NCBI GenBank assembly: GCA_050952225.1
Contig: JBMNKL010000003.1
Location: 169,846 to 233,845, forward strand
From: Acetivibrionales bacterium
Lineage (GTDB): Bacteria > Bacillota > Clostridia > Acetivibrionales > DTU013
Direction: 5' to 3'
Length of the DNA: 64,000 nucleotides
Made by a program: the position numbers and the translations under genes. Shown here in pieces: positions 18,868 through 28,384 of this stretch. The notes under the pieces are model-generated. The model made no database searches and was not told the origin of the DNA. It saw only the letters and a list, made by a program, of their open reading frames with translations. Each line of letters begins with the position of its first letter. Position 1 is the first letter of the stretch.

Positions 18868-19776
18868 TTGCCGTCAGGCATAATAATAAAAGGGATAGGT
18901 GGATTTTACTACGTTTTGTCTGATGACGGCATATATGAATGCAAGGCAAGGGGAATATTCCGAAAAGATGAATTGACTCCGCTGGTCGGCGACAGAGTTA
19001 TATTTTCAGTTACCGACAGTTCAAGGAAAGAAGGAAACATTGAAACGATAAAGGCAAGAAGCTCTGTTCTCGAAAGGCCGGCCATAGCCAATGCAGATCA
19101 ATTAATCGCGGTTATTGCAATTAAATCACCGCAGCCTGACATGTTGTTATTGGATAAAATGCTAATTACTGCAAAAATGAAAGCAATAGACGCTGTTGTT
19201 TGTATTAACAAGACCGACCTGGACGAAGGAAGTACAATGGAGATAATAGCTGAGCCATATATCAGGGCAGGTTACAGGGTGATTGGCACCAGCTCGGTAA
19301 ACAATACCGGCTTCGACGAACTGAAATCGGTTTTAACCGGGCACATCTCGGTTTTTGCAGGGCAGTCCGGCGTCGGTAAGTCAACTTTGCTAAACAGGAT
19401 AATGAATACCATGGTAATGGAAACGGGCACGATAAGCCGTAAAATTGGAAGAGGAAGGCATACCACCAGGCATGCGGAGTTAATAAGCCTCGAGGGCGGC
19501 GGTTTTGTCGCCGACACCCCGGGTTTTAGCTTGCTTGAGCTCTCCGGCGTTACTTACGATGAGCTTCAATATCATTACCCGGAATTCAGGGAATATATCG
19601 ATAAATGCCGTTTTGCCGGATGCAGCCATATCAGCGAACCTGACTGCGCAGTGAAAACAGCGGTTGACACCAGGCAGGTAAACAGCGAAAGATATTCCAG
19701 GTATACAGAGTTATACGCTATGCTGAAGCAGAAGGACGATATAAAATACAGGAAAGGGATGAGGAAGAAGACATGA
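18868..19776 (+). CDS. rsgA: Ribosome small-subunit-dependent GTPase A
   Basis: 302 aa, TTG start after AAGGGAGG. Motifs GQSGVGKSTL and NKTDL, plus a C-terminal Cys/His zinc motif. Confidence 0.92.
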   Translation: MPSGIIIKGIGGFYYVLSDDGIYECKARGIFRKDELTPLVGDRVIFSVTDSSRKEGNIETIKARSSVLERPAIANADQLIAVIAIKSPQPDMLLLDKMLITAKMKAIDAVVCINKTDLDEGSTMEIIAEPYIRAGYRVIGTSSVNNTGFDELKSVLTGHISVFAGQSGVGKSTLLNRIMNTMVMETGTISRKIGRGRHTTRHAELISLEGGGFVADTPGFSLLELSGVTYDELQYHYPEFREYIDKCRFAGCSHISEPDCAVKTAVDTRQVNSERYSRYTELYAMLKQKDDIKYRKGMRKKT

Positions 19777-20438
19777 TTAAAATAGCTCCGTCAATACTCT
19801 CAGCAGATTTTTCAAAACTGGGTGAAGAAATATTGAGGGTTGAGAAGGCCGGGGCGGACATAATACATATCGATGTAATGGACGGCCATTTTGTTCCGAA
19901 TATAACAATCGGTCCCCCGGTGGTCAGGAGCCTGAGAAAAGTTACAAGGCTGCCGTTTGATGTGCACCTTATGATTGATAATGCCGATCTTTATATTGAC
20001 GACTTTATTGATGCCGGTGCAGATATTATTTCCGTGCATGTTGAAAATAATCCCCATCTTCACAGGACGATTCAGAGTATAAAAAAGCGTAATGTAAAGG
20101 CATCCGTGGTTTTGAATCCTGCCACTCCGCTTAACGCACTTGATATGCTGCTGGATGATGTTGATATGGTCCTGTTAATGACCGTAAACCCGGGCTTCGG
20201 CGGCCAGCGGTATATAGAAGGCATGACTGAAAAAATACGCGAACTCAGGAACATAGCGCGTCGGCGTAGCGCCGCATTTGATATAGAGGTGGACGGCGGC
20301 ATCGGACTGGATAACATATACAGGGTCACCGAAGCAGGCGCAAACGTTATTGTTGCGGGGACAACCATATTCAAAGCGCCGGACGCAAAGGAAATTATCA
20401 GCCAGCTTAGGCAAAAAGCCAGCGGGGGTTGTGTATGA
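19773..20438 (+). CDS. rpe: Ribulose-phosphate 3-epimerase
   Basis: 221 aa. Motifs HIDVMDGHFVPN and MTVNPGFGGQ. ATGA overlap with rsgA. Confidence 0.95.
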   Translation: MIKIAPSILSADFSKLGEEILRVEKAGADIIHIDVMDGHFVPNITIGPPVVRSLRKVTRLPFDVHLMIDNADLYIDDFIDAGADIISVHVENNPHLHRTIQSIKKRNVKASVVLNPATPLNALDMLLDDVDMVLLMTVNPGFGGQRYIEGMTEKIRELRNIARRRSAAFDIEVDGGIGLDNIYRVTEAGANVIVAGTTIFKAPDAKEIISQLRQKASGGCV

Positions 20439-21070
20439 CATGTGTTATAATATGCGGTGGTGAAATAACCGATTATGAATATATATCCAGGTACCTTGCG
20501 GAAGCCGGCCTGGTCATTTCCGCCGACAGCGGCGCACGCCATTGTGAAGGGCTGGGGGTAACGCCCGATATCCTGGCCGGAGATTTCGATTCAGTCCTTA
20601 GCAGGGATTACAACGGTATGGTAAAAGCCGGGGCTGAGATAGCCAGGTTCCCGGCCGAGAAGGATATGACCGACAGTGAGCTGGCTGTCGAAATAGCAAT
20701 GTCCAGGGGATGCAAAAAAATTATCCTGCTCGGGGCAACAGGTTCACGGCTGGATCACTCCATCTCGAATATATTCCTTCTGAAAAAGCTCACGGATCAA
20801 AATGTCGAAGGCCTGCTGGCCAATGAAAGGAACGAAGTACGGCTAATAAAGGGATGCCTGGAACTGGAGCGTGACGAGTGGCCTTTTGTTACGCTGCTGC
20901 CGTTTGCCGGCGATGCCGTGGGTGTAACAATCAAGGGATTCTACTATCCTCTCGTAAACGCCACACTGAAGACAGGTTCGTCCTGGGGCGTCAGCAATAT
21001 AATCACGGAGCCGAAAGCCCGGATAGACGTCAGGGAAGGATACCTTTTGGTGATCAAATCCCGCGATTAA
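20435..21070 (+). CDS. thiN: Thiamine diphosphokinase
   Basis: The ORF is open from 20429; ATG 20435 forms an ATGA overlap with the rpe stop. GDFDS motif and C-terminal thiamine-binding domain. Confidence 0.85.
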   Translation: MTCVIICGGEITDYEYISRYLAEAGLVISADSGARHCEGLGVTPDILAGDFDSVLSRDYNGMVKAGAEIARFPAEKDMTDSELAVEIAMSRGCKKIILLGATGSRLDHSISNIFLLKKLTDQNVEGLLANERNEVRLIKGCLELERDEWPFVTLLPFAGDAVGVTIKGFYYPLVNATLKTGSSWGVSNIITEPKARIDVREGYLLVIKSRD

Positions 21071-21094
21071 GCTTCCCTCGCATTTTTACACGTA

Positions 21095-21270
21095 TACCCG
21101 TTCACTCATATATACTCACATATACTCACATATACTCACATATACTTATATATTTAAGCACTCAACTTACATGCCCGCAAACATACTCGCACTCACTCAG
21201 GGATTCACTCGCACACTCATACACACACTTAAATTCACACACTCACACGCTTATACACTTACAAACTCAC
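21095..21270 (+). repeat. G-poor, C/A/T low-complexity tract with 10-bp ATATACTCAC repeats
   Basis: Between convergent thiN and the aminotransferase gene. ATATACTCAC occurs 3 times in tandem at about 21109-21138, followed by degenerate ACTCAC/ACACAC units. By hand count there are only about 11 G in about 195 nt on the + strand. Confidence 0.85.
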
Positions 21271-21274
21271 AAAC

Positions 21275-22465
21275 TCACATATATTCCTTGGCAAGCGCTT
21301 CGAATGCATTGCGTGAATTTACTATGGTTTTTTCGTCAACGCAGTACGCAAGCCTGAAATGTCCCTTGCAGCCAAAACCGGTTCCGGGGACTATGATCAG
21401 GTTGTACTTTATAGCGGCCTTGCAGAACGAAACGTCATCTTCCACGGGGGACTTCGGAAACAGGTAGAATGCACCCCTGGGCTTGATGCACTCGAAACCG
21501 GCCCCGGTTATAATATCGTAGAGCATATCACGCCGTTTTTTATACGATTCGGCATCGACCCGGGCATCCAATGATTCGGGCAATATACGCTGGAATAACG
21601 CGGGAGCGTTGACAAACCCCAATGTCCTGGTGGAGAATACCAGGCCGTCCATCAGCGCATCGACGTTTTCAATCAAGGGATTGACGGCGATGTAACCAAT
21701 CCTTTCACCCGGAAGCGATAACGATTTGCTGAAGGAGTTAACAATTATGGAATTTTTGAATACGCTGAAGACCGGGGGAACCGTTGCTCCGTCGTAAACG
21801 ATTCTGTCATAAGGCTCGTCCGATATTATGCAGATTTTGGTACCGAATTCATTCTCGCGCATACTTATCATATCGGCTATTTTTTCCAGTGTTTCGCGGC
21901 TGTATATAACGCCGGTGGGATTGTTGGGCGAATTTATGACGATCGCCTTGGTGGCGGGTGTAATAGCGTTGTAAATTGCCTCAGGGTCGGGCTGGAAGCT
22001 CGAACGGTCCGCATCGACTATTACCGCTTTGCCTCCGTGGTTGTCTATATAAAACAGGTATTCTGCGAAATAAGGCGCTATTACGATGACTTCCTCGCCC
22101 TGGTTCAAAAGTGTTTTTAGTACGACATTCATAGCGCCGCCGGCGCCGCATGACATAACAACATGCCTGGCTTCCACCGGTGTACCGGTTGTTTTTCGAA
22201 GATAAGCGGCAACAGCCGCCCTGACGTCCATATAGCCGGCGTTGCTCATATAGCCATGCATTTTGGGCTTATCTGAAAGAACCGCACTTTTAAGCGCTTC
22301 CTTGACTTTCTCCGGGGGTTCCGTATCAGGGTTTCCAAGGGAAAAATCATAGACCTTGTCGGTACCATATTTTTTACGCAATATTTCGCCTTCTTCGAAC
22401 ATTGCCCTGATCCATGAAGATCTTTCCAGATTGTCAAGAATTTTTTCTGATACCAATAGAATCAC
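21275..22465 (-). CDS. Pyridoxal-phosphate-dependent aminotransferase, class I/II (aspartate/alanine aminotransferase-like)
   Basis: 396 aa. NSPNNPTGV motif and the Lys motif SFSKSLSLPGERIGY. Confidence 0.88.
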   Translation of the reverse strand: MILLVSEKILDNLERSSWIRAMFEEGEILRKKYGTDKVYDFSLGNPDTEPPEKVKEALKSAVLSDKPKMHGYMSNAGYMDVRAAVAAYLRKTTGTPVEARHVVMSCGAGGAMNVVLKTLLNQGEEVIVIAPYFAEYLFYIDNHGGKAVIVDADRSSFQPDPEAIYNAITPATKAIVINSPNNPTGVIYSRETLEKIADMISMRENEFGTKICIISDEPYDRIVYDGATVPPVFSVFKNSIIVNSFSKSLSLPGERIGYIAVNPLIENVDALMDGLVFSTRTLGFVNAPALFQRILPESLDARVDAESYKKRRDMLYDIITGAGFECIKPRGAFYLFPKSPVEDDVSFCKAAIKYNLIIVPGTGFGCKGHFRLAYCVDEKTIVNSRNAFEALAKEYM

Positions 22466-22740
22466 TCCTGTCGTATAGCTATTGTATGCTCATATCAAAC
22501 CATGCCGCATTTGCGCCAGGTTATCCTTCGCATTCTTATCTATCCATTATATATAAGATGCTTGAAAATTCCAATATGCAAGTTGCCGTAATTATTTTTC
22601 CTATTGTCTTTTTCGTGACAAAATGTTACAATGATAGTAATAAAAAACAGGAAGGATGTGGTGGATTATGTTGAAAAATGATCTTATATTCAAGGCGATT
22701 ATAACGGGAAGAAAGATTAATTCTTAAAGGGGTAAAGCAT

Positions 22741-23715
22741 ATGAATGATAATTGTTTTAATTGCAATGACAGGCATTTTGCCAACCCTGAAATAACCGGG
22801 CTGGTCAGGCAAAAGATGGCAGATAAGGGGTATGCCTTTCAAATGGTACCAATAGAACGGCTTGAGGATTTGCGGAGAGATGTGGAAAACCTTAAGAACA
22901 GCAGCTATTTTAACAATATCATTGATACTATTATAACTGACTTTTACAACTTCAGCCTTCCTGACGTTCCTTTCAAAATCAATTCAATAATAATAGCGGC
23001 ATCTCCAAGTCCGATGGTAAGAATCAACTTCAACTGGAAAAAGAAAAAAGTACCGGTTTTGTTGCCGCCAACTTACATGGACGGATTTGAGAAATCCGTT
23101 GAAATTGAGAATTTATTAAAAGATGTGTTAAAACCTCACAATTTTAATGTAGTTAGCGTGCACAGTCTGCCGAAGAAACTCCTGGGGGTAAGAAGCGGCT
23201 TAAGCGTTTATGGCAGGAATAACATAAGTTATATTGACGGCATGGGAAGCTTCGCAAATCTTTCGACATATTATTCCGACATAACCTGTACGGAAGATAA
23301 CTGGCATGAAATCCGTCAAATGGACTCCTGCGGGAACTGTGGCACTTGTCTTGATAAATGTCCCACTTCAGCCATTACAAGTGAAAGATATCTTTACAGG
23401 GTCGAACGTTGCCTGGCGTACCACAATGAATTTACAGGATTATGTGATTTTCCCCAATGGATGGATCCGAAATCGCATAATTGCATTGTCGGGTGCCTGC
23501 GCTGCCAGGTTTGCTGTCCGAAAAACAAAGAATTTTTAAACAACGTTAAAGAGTTTGACGAGTTTTCTTATGAAGAAACCATGTTACTCCTGGAAGGAAG
23601 AAAATTTGACGAGGTCACCCCGTCTCTTGCCCAAAAAATAAAACGGTTGAATTTGGTTGGCTACTTTGACCTTCTTCCACGCAACCTTAAAGCGCTTCTT
23701 GATAAAGAAGCATAA
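22741..23715 (+). CDS. 4Fe-4S protein of the epoxyqueuosine reductase (QueG)/reductive-dehalogenase-like family
   Basis: 324 aa. CGNCGTCLDKCPTSAI and VGCLRCQVCCPKN cluster motifs, plus YGRNNISYIDGMGSF and RCLAYHNEF, which resemble QueG conserved blocks. Confidence 0.6.
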   Translation: MNDNCFNCNDRHFANPEITGLVRQKMADKGYAFQMVPIERLEDLRRDVENLKNSSYFNNIIDTIITDFYNFSLPDVPFKINSIIIAASPSPMVRINFNWKKKKVPVLLPPTYMDGFEKSVEIENLLKDVLKPHNFNVVSVHSLPKKLLGVRSGLSVYGRNNISYIDGMGSFANLSTYYSDITCTEDNWHEIRQMDSCGNCGTCLDKCPTSAITSERYLYRVERCLAYHNEFTGLCDFPQWMDPKSHNCIVGCLRCQVCCPKNKEFLNNVKEFDEFSYEETMLLLEGRKFDEVTPSLAQKIKRLNLVGYFDLLPRNLKALLDKEA

Positions 23716-23839
23716 TCGCGGAATTGTCAGGTAGTCGGCATGCTCAGCGGCCCTGCAATTAATTGCCGGGCCATTTTCTATACTTAAATCATTCATATAA
23801 AACCTGCGCAAATGGCATATAACCGGTCTGCGCTGTTAA

Positions 23840-23868
23840 TTGACAATTAAAAAACAATTTAATATACT
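23840..23868 (+). promoter_or_regulatory. Near-consensus sigma-A promoter for the ABC exporter pair
   Basis: TTGACA (23840-23845), 17-nt spacer, TATACT (23863-23868). This implies a 5' UTR of about 148 nt. Confidence 0.6.
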
Positions 23869-23879
23869 TTCTTTTATTG

Positions 23880-23927
23880 GGATAATGGGATATTAGGATA
23901 TCGGGATATGGTGATATGGGTATAATG
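23880..23927 (+). repeat. Six phased 8-nt repeats, consensus GGATATNG
   Basis: ggataatg ggatatta ggatatcg ggatatgg tgatatgg gtataatg, with an exact 8-nt period. The array begins about 5 nt after the predicted transcription start. Confidence 0.85.
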
Positions 23928-24022
23928 TGATGCATCCTCGGAAATCGCCGCGTGATTAGGCCGCAGGAAATAGTCAGCAGGAATCGTCCGAAGGAAACGT
24001 CCACAGGAAGAGGTAGAAACGT

Positions 24023-25750
24023 ATGGTTAAAAAACTTCTCCCATGCCTGGGGAAATACAAATGGTATGCCGTATTGACACCGATAATGGTAATCGGTGAA
24101 GTTTTGCTTGAAATATATATACCTTTTTTGATGTCAAAAATCATTGATGTCGGCATCAAGAACGCGGATGTGGGCTACGTGACAAGAACCGGCGGAATCA
24201 TGGTGCTTATGGCATTGGTTTCGCTCCTGTTTGGCGCATTATCAGGCAAGTTCGCGGCTAAAGCCGGCGCAGGTTTCGCAAAAGGCATCCGGCAAAAGCT
24301 GTTTTACAAGATACAGGATTTTTCATTCGCGAACATAGACAGGTTTAGCACGGCGTCGCTTATCACCCGGCTAACAACGGATGTAACGCATACCCAGATT
24401 GCTTTCATGATGGTTATACGGATGCTTGTGCGTTCTCCTATCATGCTGGCCAGCGCTGCCAGCATGGCACTGTCCATTAACAGAAGGCTGTCCCTCATTT
24501 TTTTGGTGGCTATTCCTGTATTGGGGCTTGGACTGGGATTCATCGCGATAAAGGCCTTTCCGCTTTTCAGGAAAATGCTTGAAAAGTATGACTCAATGAA
24601 CGCGTCCGTCCAGGAGAATCTTATTGCTATCAGGGTTGTAAAAGCTTTTGTCCGAAAAGATTATGAAAACGAAAAATTTATAGAAGCGGCGACAGCATTG
24701 CAAGATGCCCAAAAGAAAGCGGAACGGGTTTTAGTATTGAACATGCCGCTGATGATGTTTACCATGAATGCCTGTATGATAGCAATTATATGGTTTGGGG
24801 GGCATTTTATAATAGCCGGAGAAATGATGGCCGGCGAGTTTTTCAGCTTTTTAACGTATATAACCCAGATTCTCACGTCGCTGATGATGATTTCATTTGC
24901 ATTCGTGGGCATAGTGATGTCGAGGGCGTCAGTCAGCCGTATTATCGAAGTATTTGACGAGGAGCCGGGCATTTCGGACTTTGATGCAGATGAAGATTTA
25001 CAGGCGGAAGACGGCTCCGTCATTTTCGAAAACGTTTCGTTCAGTTATGCAAACAGGAGCGACAACCTTACGTTAAAAGACATAAACCTGAAGATAAATC
25101 CGGGGGAAACGGTAGGAATTATCGGTGGCACCGGTTCTGCAAAAACGACGCTTGTGCAGCTGATTCCACGGCTGTATGACGTGTTTGACGGCAGGGTGCT
25201 TGTCGGTGGTCGCGATGTGAGGGATTACAGGCTTGATGTACTGCGTAACGCGGTGTCAATGGTGCTTCAAAATAATGTCCTGTTTTCGGGGACGATCAGG
25301 GAAAACTTGAAGATGGGCAATGAAAATGCTTCGGATGAAGAAATTGAAGCAGCCTGTAAGATTGCCCAGGCACACGGATTTATCATGTCTTTCAGGGATG
25401 GATACGAAACGGTTTTGGGACAGGGCGGAGTGAACTTGTCCGGCGGACAGAAGCAAAGGCTCTGTATAGCGAGAGCGCTTTTAAAAAGACCGAAAATCAT
25501 CATACTTGACGATAGCACCAGTGCCGTTGATACGGCTACCGACAGTAAAATAAGGGAGGCGCTGAAAGAAAATCTTGATGGCATGACTACCATCATTATT
25601 GCGCAGCGGATTGCTTCCGTCCGCGATGCGGACAAAATAATCGTGCTTGACGAAGGACGCATTGCTGCCGTGGGCACGCACGAGGAACTCCTGGCAAGCA
25701 GCGATATATACCACGAGGTTTACGAATCGCAGCAGAAGGGGGTGGCATAG
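24023..25750 (+). CDS. ABC exporter, fused permease/ATPase subunit (heterodimer partner 1)
   Basis: 575 aa. Six-helix TMD followed by an NBD with GGTGSAKTT, LSGGQKQR and ILDDSTSAVD. Confidence 0.92.
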   Translation: MVKKLLPCLGKYKWYAVLTPIMVIGEVLLEIYIPFLMSKIIDVGIKNADVGYVTRTGGIMVLMALVSLLFGALSGKFAAKAGAGFAKGIRQKLFYKIQDFSFANIDRFSTASLITRLTTDVTHTQIAFMMVIRMLVRSPIMLASAASMALSINRRLSLIFLVAIPVLGLGLGFIAIKAFPLFRKMLEKYDSMNASVQENLIAIRVVKAFVRKDYENEKFIEAATALQDAQKKAERVLVLNMPLMMFTMNACMIAIIWFGGHFIIAGEMMAGEFFSFLTYITQILTSLMMISFAFVGIVMSRASVSRIIEVFDEEPGISDFDADEDLQAEDGSVIFENVSFSYANRSDNLTLKDINLKINPGETVGIIGGTGSAKTTLVQLIPRLYDVFDGRVLVGGRDVRDYRLDVLRNAVSMVLQNNVLFSGTIRENLKMGNENASDEEIEAACKIAQAHGFIMSFRDGYETVLGQGGVNLSGGQKQRLCIARALLKRPKIIILDDSTSAVDTATDSKIREALKENLDGMTTIIIAQRIASVRDADKIIVLDEGRIAAVGTHEELLASSDIYHEVYESQQKGVA

Positions 25751-27674
25751 ATGACAGGGACCAACAAGGACACCAAGACTGTGCCGCCAGGCCCCGGCCC
25801 GCGGTCAAGGTCTTTTGAAAGGCCTAAAAATGTTAAGAGAACGCTTTCGAGGATTCTTAAACACATGTTCGCCTATAAATTCCAGCTTGTCTTTATAGCG
25901 ATAGGCATTGTCGGCAGTTCGTTGTCGAGTGTGGCCGGGACATACATGATAAAACCGGTTATAAACGACTATATTGTACCGGCTATAGGCCGGGAAAACC
26001 CTGATTTGTCCGGGTTTATATCGATGATTTGCCTGATTGCGGCGATATATGTTTTCGGCATTATTTGCGCTTACATTTATAACCGGCTTATGATAAACGT
26101 TTCAATAGGTGTATTGACAAGGATCAGGACGGATATGTTCACGCATATGCAGAATCTGCCCTTAAAGTATTTTGACACCCATACCCACGGCGAGCTGATG
26201 AGCCGATTTACCAATGATACGGATACATTGCGCGAAATGCTCAGTCGCGGTATACCTCAGTTCTTTTCATCGGCAATTACCGTAACTGGCGTATTTGTAA
26301 TGATGCTTGTTTTGAGCCCCGCCCTGACGCTTGTTGTGATTGCCATGCTTGCCGTTATGTTGTTTACGATAAAGAAAATAGGAAGCAACAGCGCCAGGTA
26401 TTTTATCAGGCAGCAGAAAGAACTTGGCAGGATAAACGGTTTTATCGAGGAAATGATAGAAGGGCAGAAGGTTGTAAAGGTATTTTGCCGCGAAGGTCAT
26501 GTGAAGCGGGAGTTTGACAGGCTTAATGAAGACTTGTACAGCGCGTCGGCAAGCGCCCATACGTTTGCCAATATACTTATGCCCATTATGGGAAACCTTT
26601 CTTACGCCCATTACGCGCTTATAGCAACCGTCGGCGCCATGCTTGCAATCAACGGATACACCGATATCGGGACAATTGGTTCAATCCTGCAGTATACCCG
26701 CACTTTCACGCATCCGATTACCCAGCTGTCCCAATTGTTTAACCAGATCCTTTCAGCCCTTGCGGGCGCGGAACGCATATTCAGCCTCCTGGATGAGGAG
26801 GTCGAAGTGGATGACGGGTATGTAACACTGGTAAACGCCAAAAAAGACGAGTCGGGAATATTCACCGAGGCCGATCATCATACCGGGATCTGGGCGTGGA
26901 AGCAACCCCGCCGGGACGGCAGCGTTACTTACACCGAGCTGAGGGGCGATGTCCGGTTCGAGGATGTTACCTTTGGCTATGAAAAGGATAAAGTAGGTTT
27001 TGAAAGGAATCAGCCTATATGCCAAGCCTGGCCAAAAGGTAGCGCTGGTTGGTTCGACGGGAGCCGGAAAGACCACGATTACGAACCTGATAAACCGTTT
27101 TTATGATGTGCCGGACGGTAAAATCCGCTTTGACGGGATTAACATAAACAAGATAAAAAAAGATGATTTGAGGCGCTCCCTGGCCATGGTGCTGCAGGAT
27201 ACGCACCTGTTTACGGGGACGGTAATGGAAAATATCCGTTACGGAAAACTGGACGCGACCGATGAAGAGGTGATTGCCGCCGCCAGGCTGGCCAACGCCC
27301 ACTTCTTTATCAGCCACCTGCCGCAAGGCTACCAGACGGTATTGACGTCAGACGGGGCCAACCTGAGCCAGGGACAGCGGCAGCTTATCGCAATCGCCAG
27401 GGCTGCGGTGGCCAATCCTCCCGTGCTGATCCTTGATGAGGCGACAAGCTCCATTGACACACGTACGGAGGCGCTGATTCAAAAGGGAATGGATAAGCTG
27501 ATGGAGGGCAGGACTGTTTTTGTTATCGCCCACAGGCTTTCCACCGTGCGGAACGCGAACGTTATAATCGTGCTTGAAAACGGGGAAATAATCGAACGCG
27601 GCACCCATGACGAACTGATAGCGCAAAGGGGCAAATACTACCAGCTTTACACGGGCATGCTCGAACTGTCATGA
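25751..27674 (+). pseudogene. ABC exporter, fused permease/ATPase subunit (partner 2), interrupted by a +1 frameshift just before Walker A
   Basis: ORF 25751-27106 carries the TMD and the start of the NBD (VRFEDVTFGYEKDKV). The +1 frame from about 26997 continues [27 protein letters not shown]...LSQGQRQ...[10 protein letters not shown]. Removing one G at 26996/26997 restores K-V-V-L-K-G-I-S. Confidence 0.85.
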
Positions 27675-27737
27675 ATATTTGCGGAGCATGAACCCGGAAA
27701 GGTCGCGGCCGGAGCAGGAAGCCCAGTCGCCGACCGC

Positions 27738-28384
27738 CTATGTGTGCTTGTAGTAAAAAATGGCAAGCTGTGTCCTGTCTCTCAAGTCCAGCTTTTCAAG
27801 GATAACGCTTATGTAATTGCGCACCGTGCCTTCGCTTAAGTATAGGGTCTCGGATATTTCCTTGTTGGACAGCCCGTTTGCCACCAGCTTGATTATTTCG
27901 ATTTCCTTTTCGCTCAAATTGAAGGAACTGATCCCGGTTCAGCTTTTTCGCCGGTTTTGCCGTGTTGCCGGCATTGCCTCTTTAATGTGCGCGAATTTTG
28001 AAATTATTTCGTCGCCGAATACCCTTTGTCCCATAAATACAGCCTTGACAGACGGTATGATGCTTTCGAAATCCTGTTTCAAAATATATCCTTTTGCCCC
28101 GATCTGAAACGCTTTCGCTATGTATTCGTCGTCGGAGAAGGTGGTTAAAAATAAAATCCTGGCGTTACCATCTTCTTTTAGTATTATTTCGGCGGCTTCC
28201 AGGCCCGTCATGTTGTCCATCCTGATATCCATCAGCAAAACGTCGGGCTTTAGTTCATGATACAGCTCCACGGCTTCCTGGCCGCTGTTCCCGGTTCCGA
28301 CCACCTCTATTTCCTTGTCTGCTTCCAGTATTGTTTTTAATGACTGGAAACCAGCCTGTCGTCATCCACGATCAATATTCTCAA
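27738..28384 (-). pseudogene. NarL/LuxR-family response regulator with an N-terminal -1 frameshift and an in-frame TGA
   Basis: TTG 28384 after AAAGGAGGA encodes LRILIVDDDRLVS, then TAA at 28337-28339. The next frame continues QSLKTILEADKEIEVVGTGNSGQEAVELY...LLMDIRM. An in-frame TGA at 27939-27941 separates the receiver from the HTH (FNLSEKEIEIIKLVANGLSNKEISETLYLSEGTVRNYISVILEKL), which ends at TAG 27738-27740. Confidence 0.85.

Noticed and set aside
20878-21467. ORFs of 159 and 98 aa rich in His/Thr/Ser/Leu (HSYILTYTHIYSHILIY...).
   Set aside because: They are generated by the stop-free ACTCAC/ATATAC low-complexity tract. They also overlap the ends of thiN and the convergent aminotransferase gene.
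26985-27005. Programmed +1 ribosomal frameshift in the ABC exporter gene.
   Set aside because: I recognise no slippery or shifty motif, rare-codon pause or downstream structure. Similar +1 lesions occur in six unrelated genes in the window.
27939-27941. In-frame TGA in the response regulator as selenocysteine or programmed readthrough.
   Set aside because: The codon sits in a non-conserved linker of an ordinary NarL-type regulator. No SECIS-like hairpin follows, and the same gene also carries a frameshift. A nonsense mutation or base-call error is simpler.
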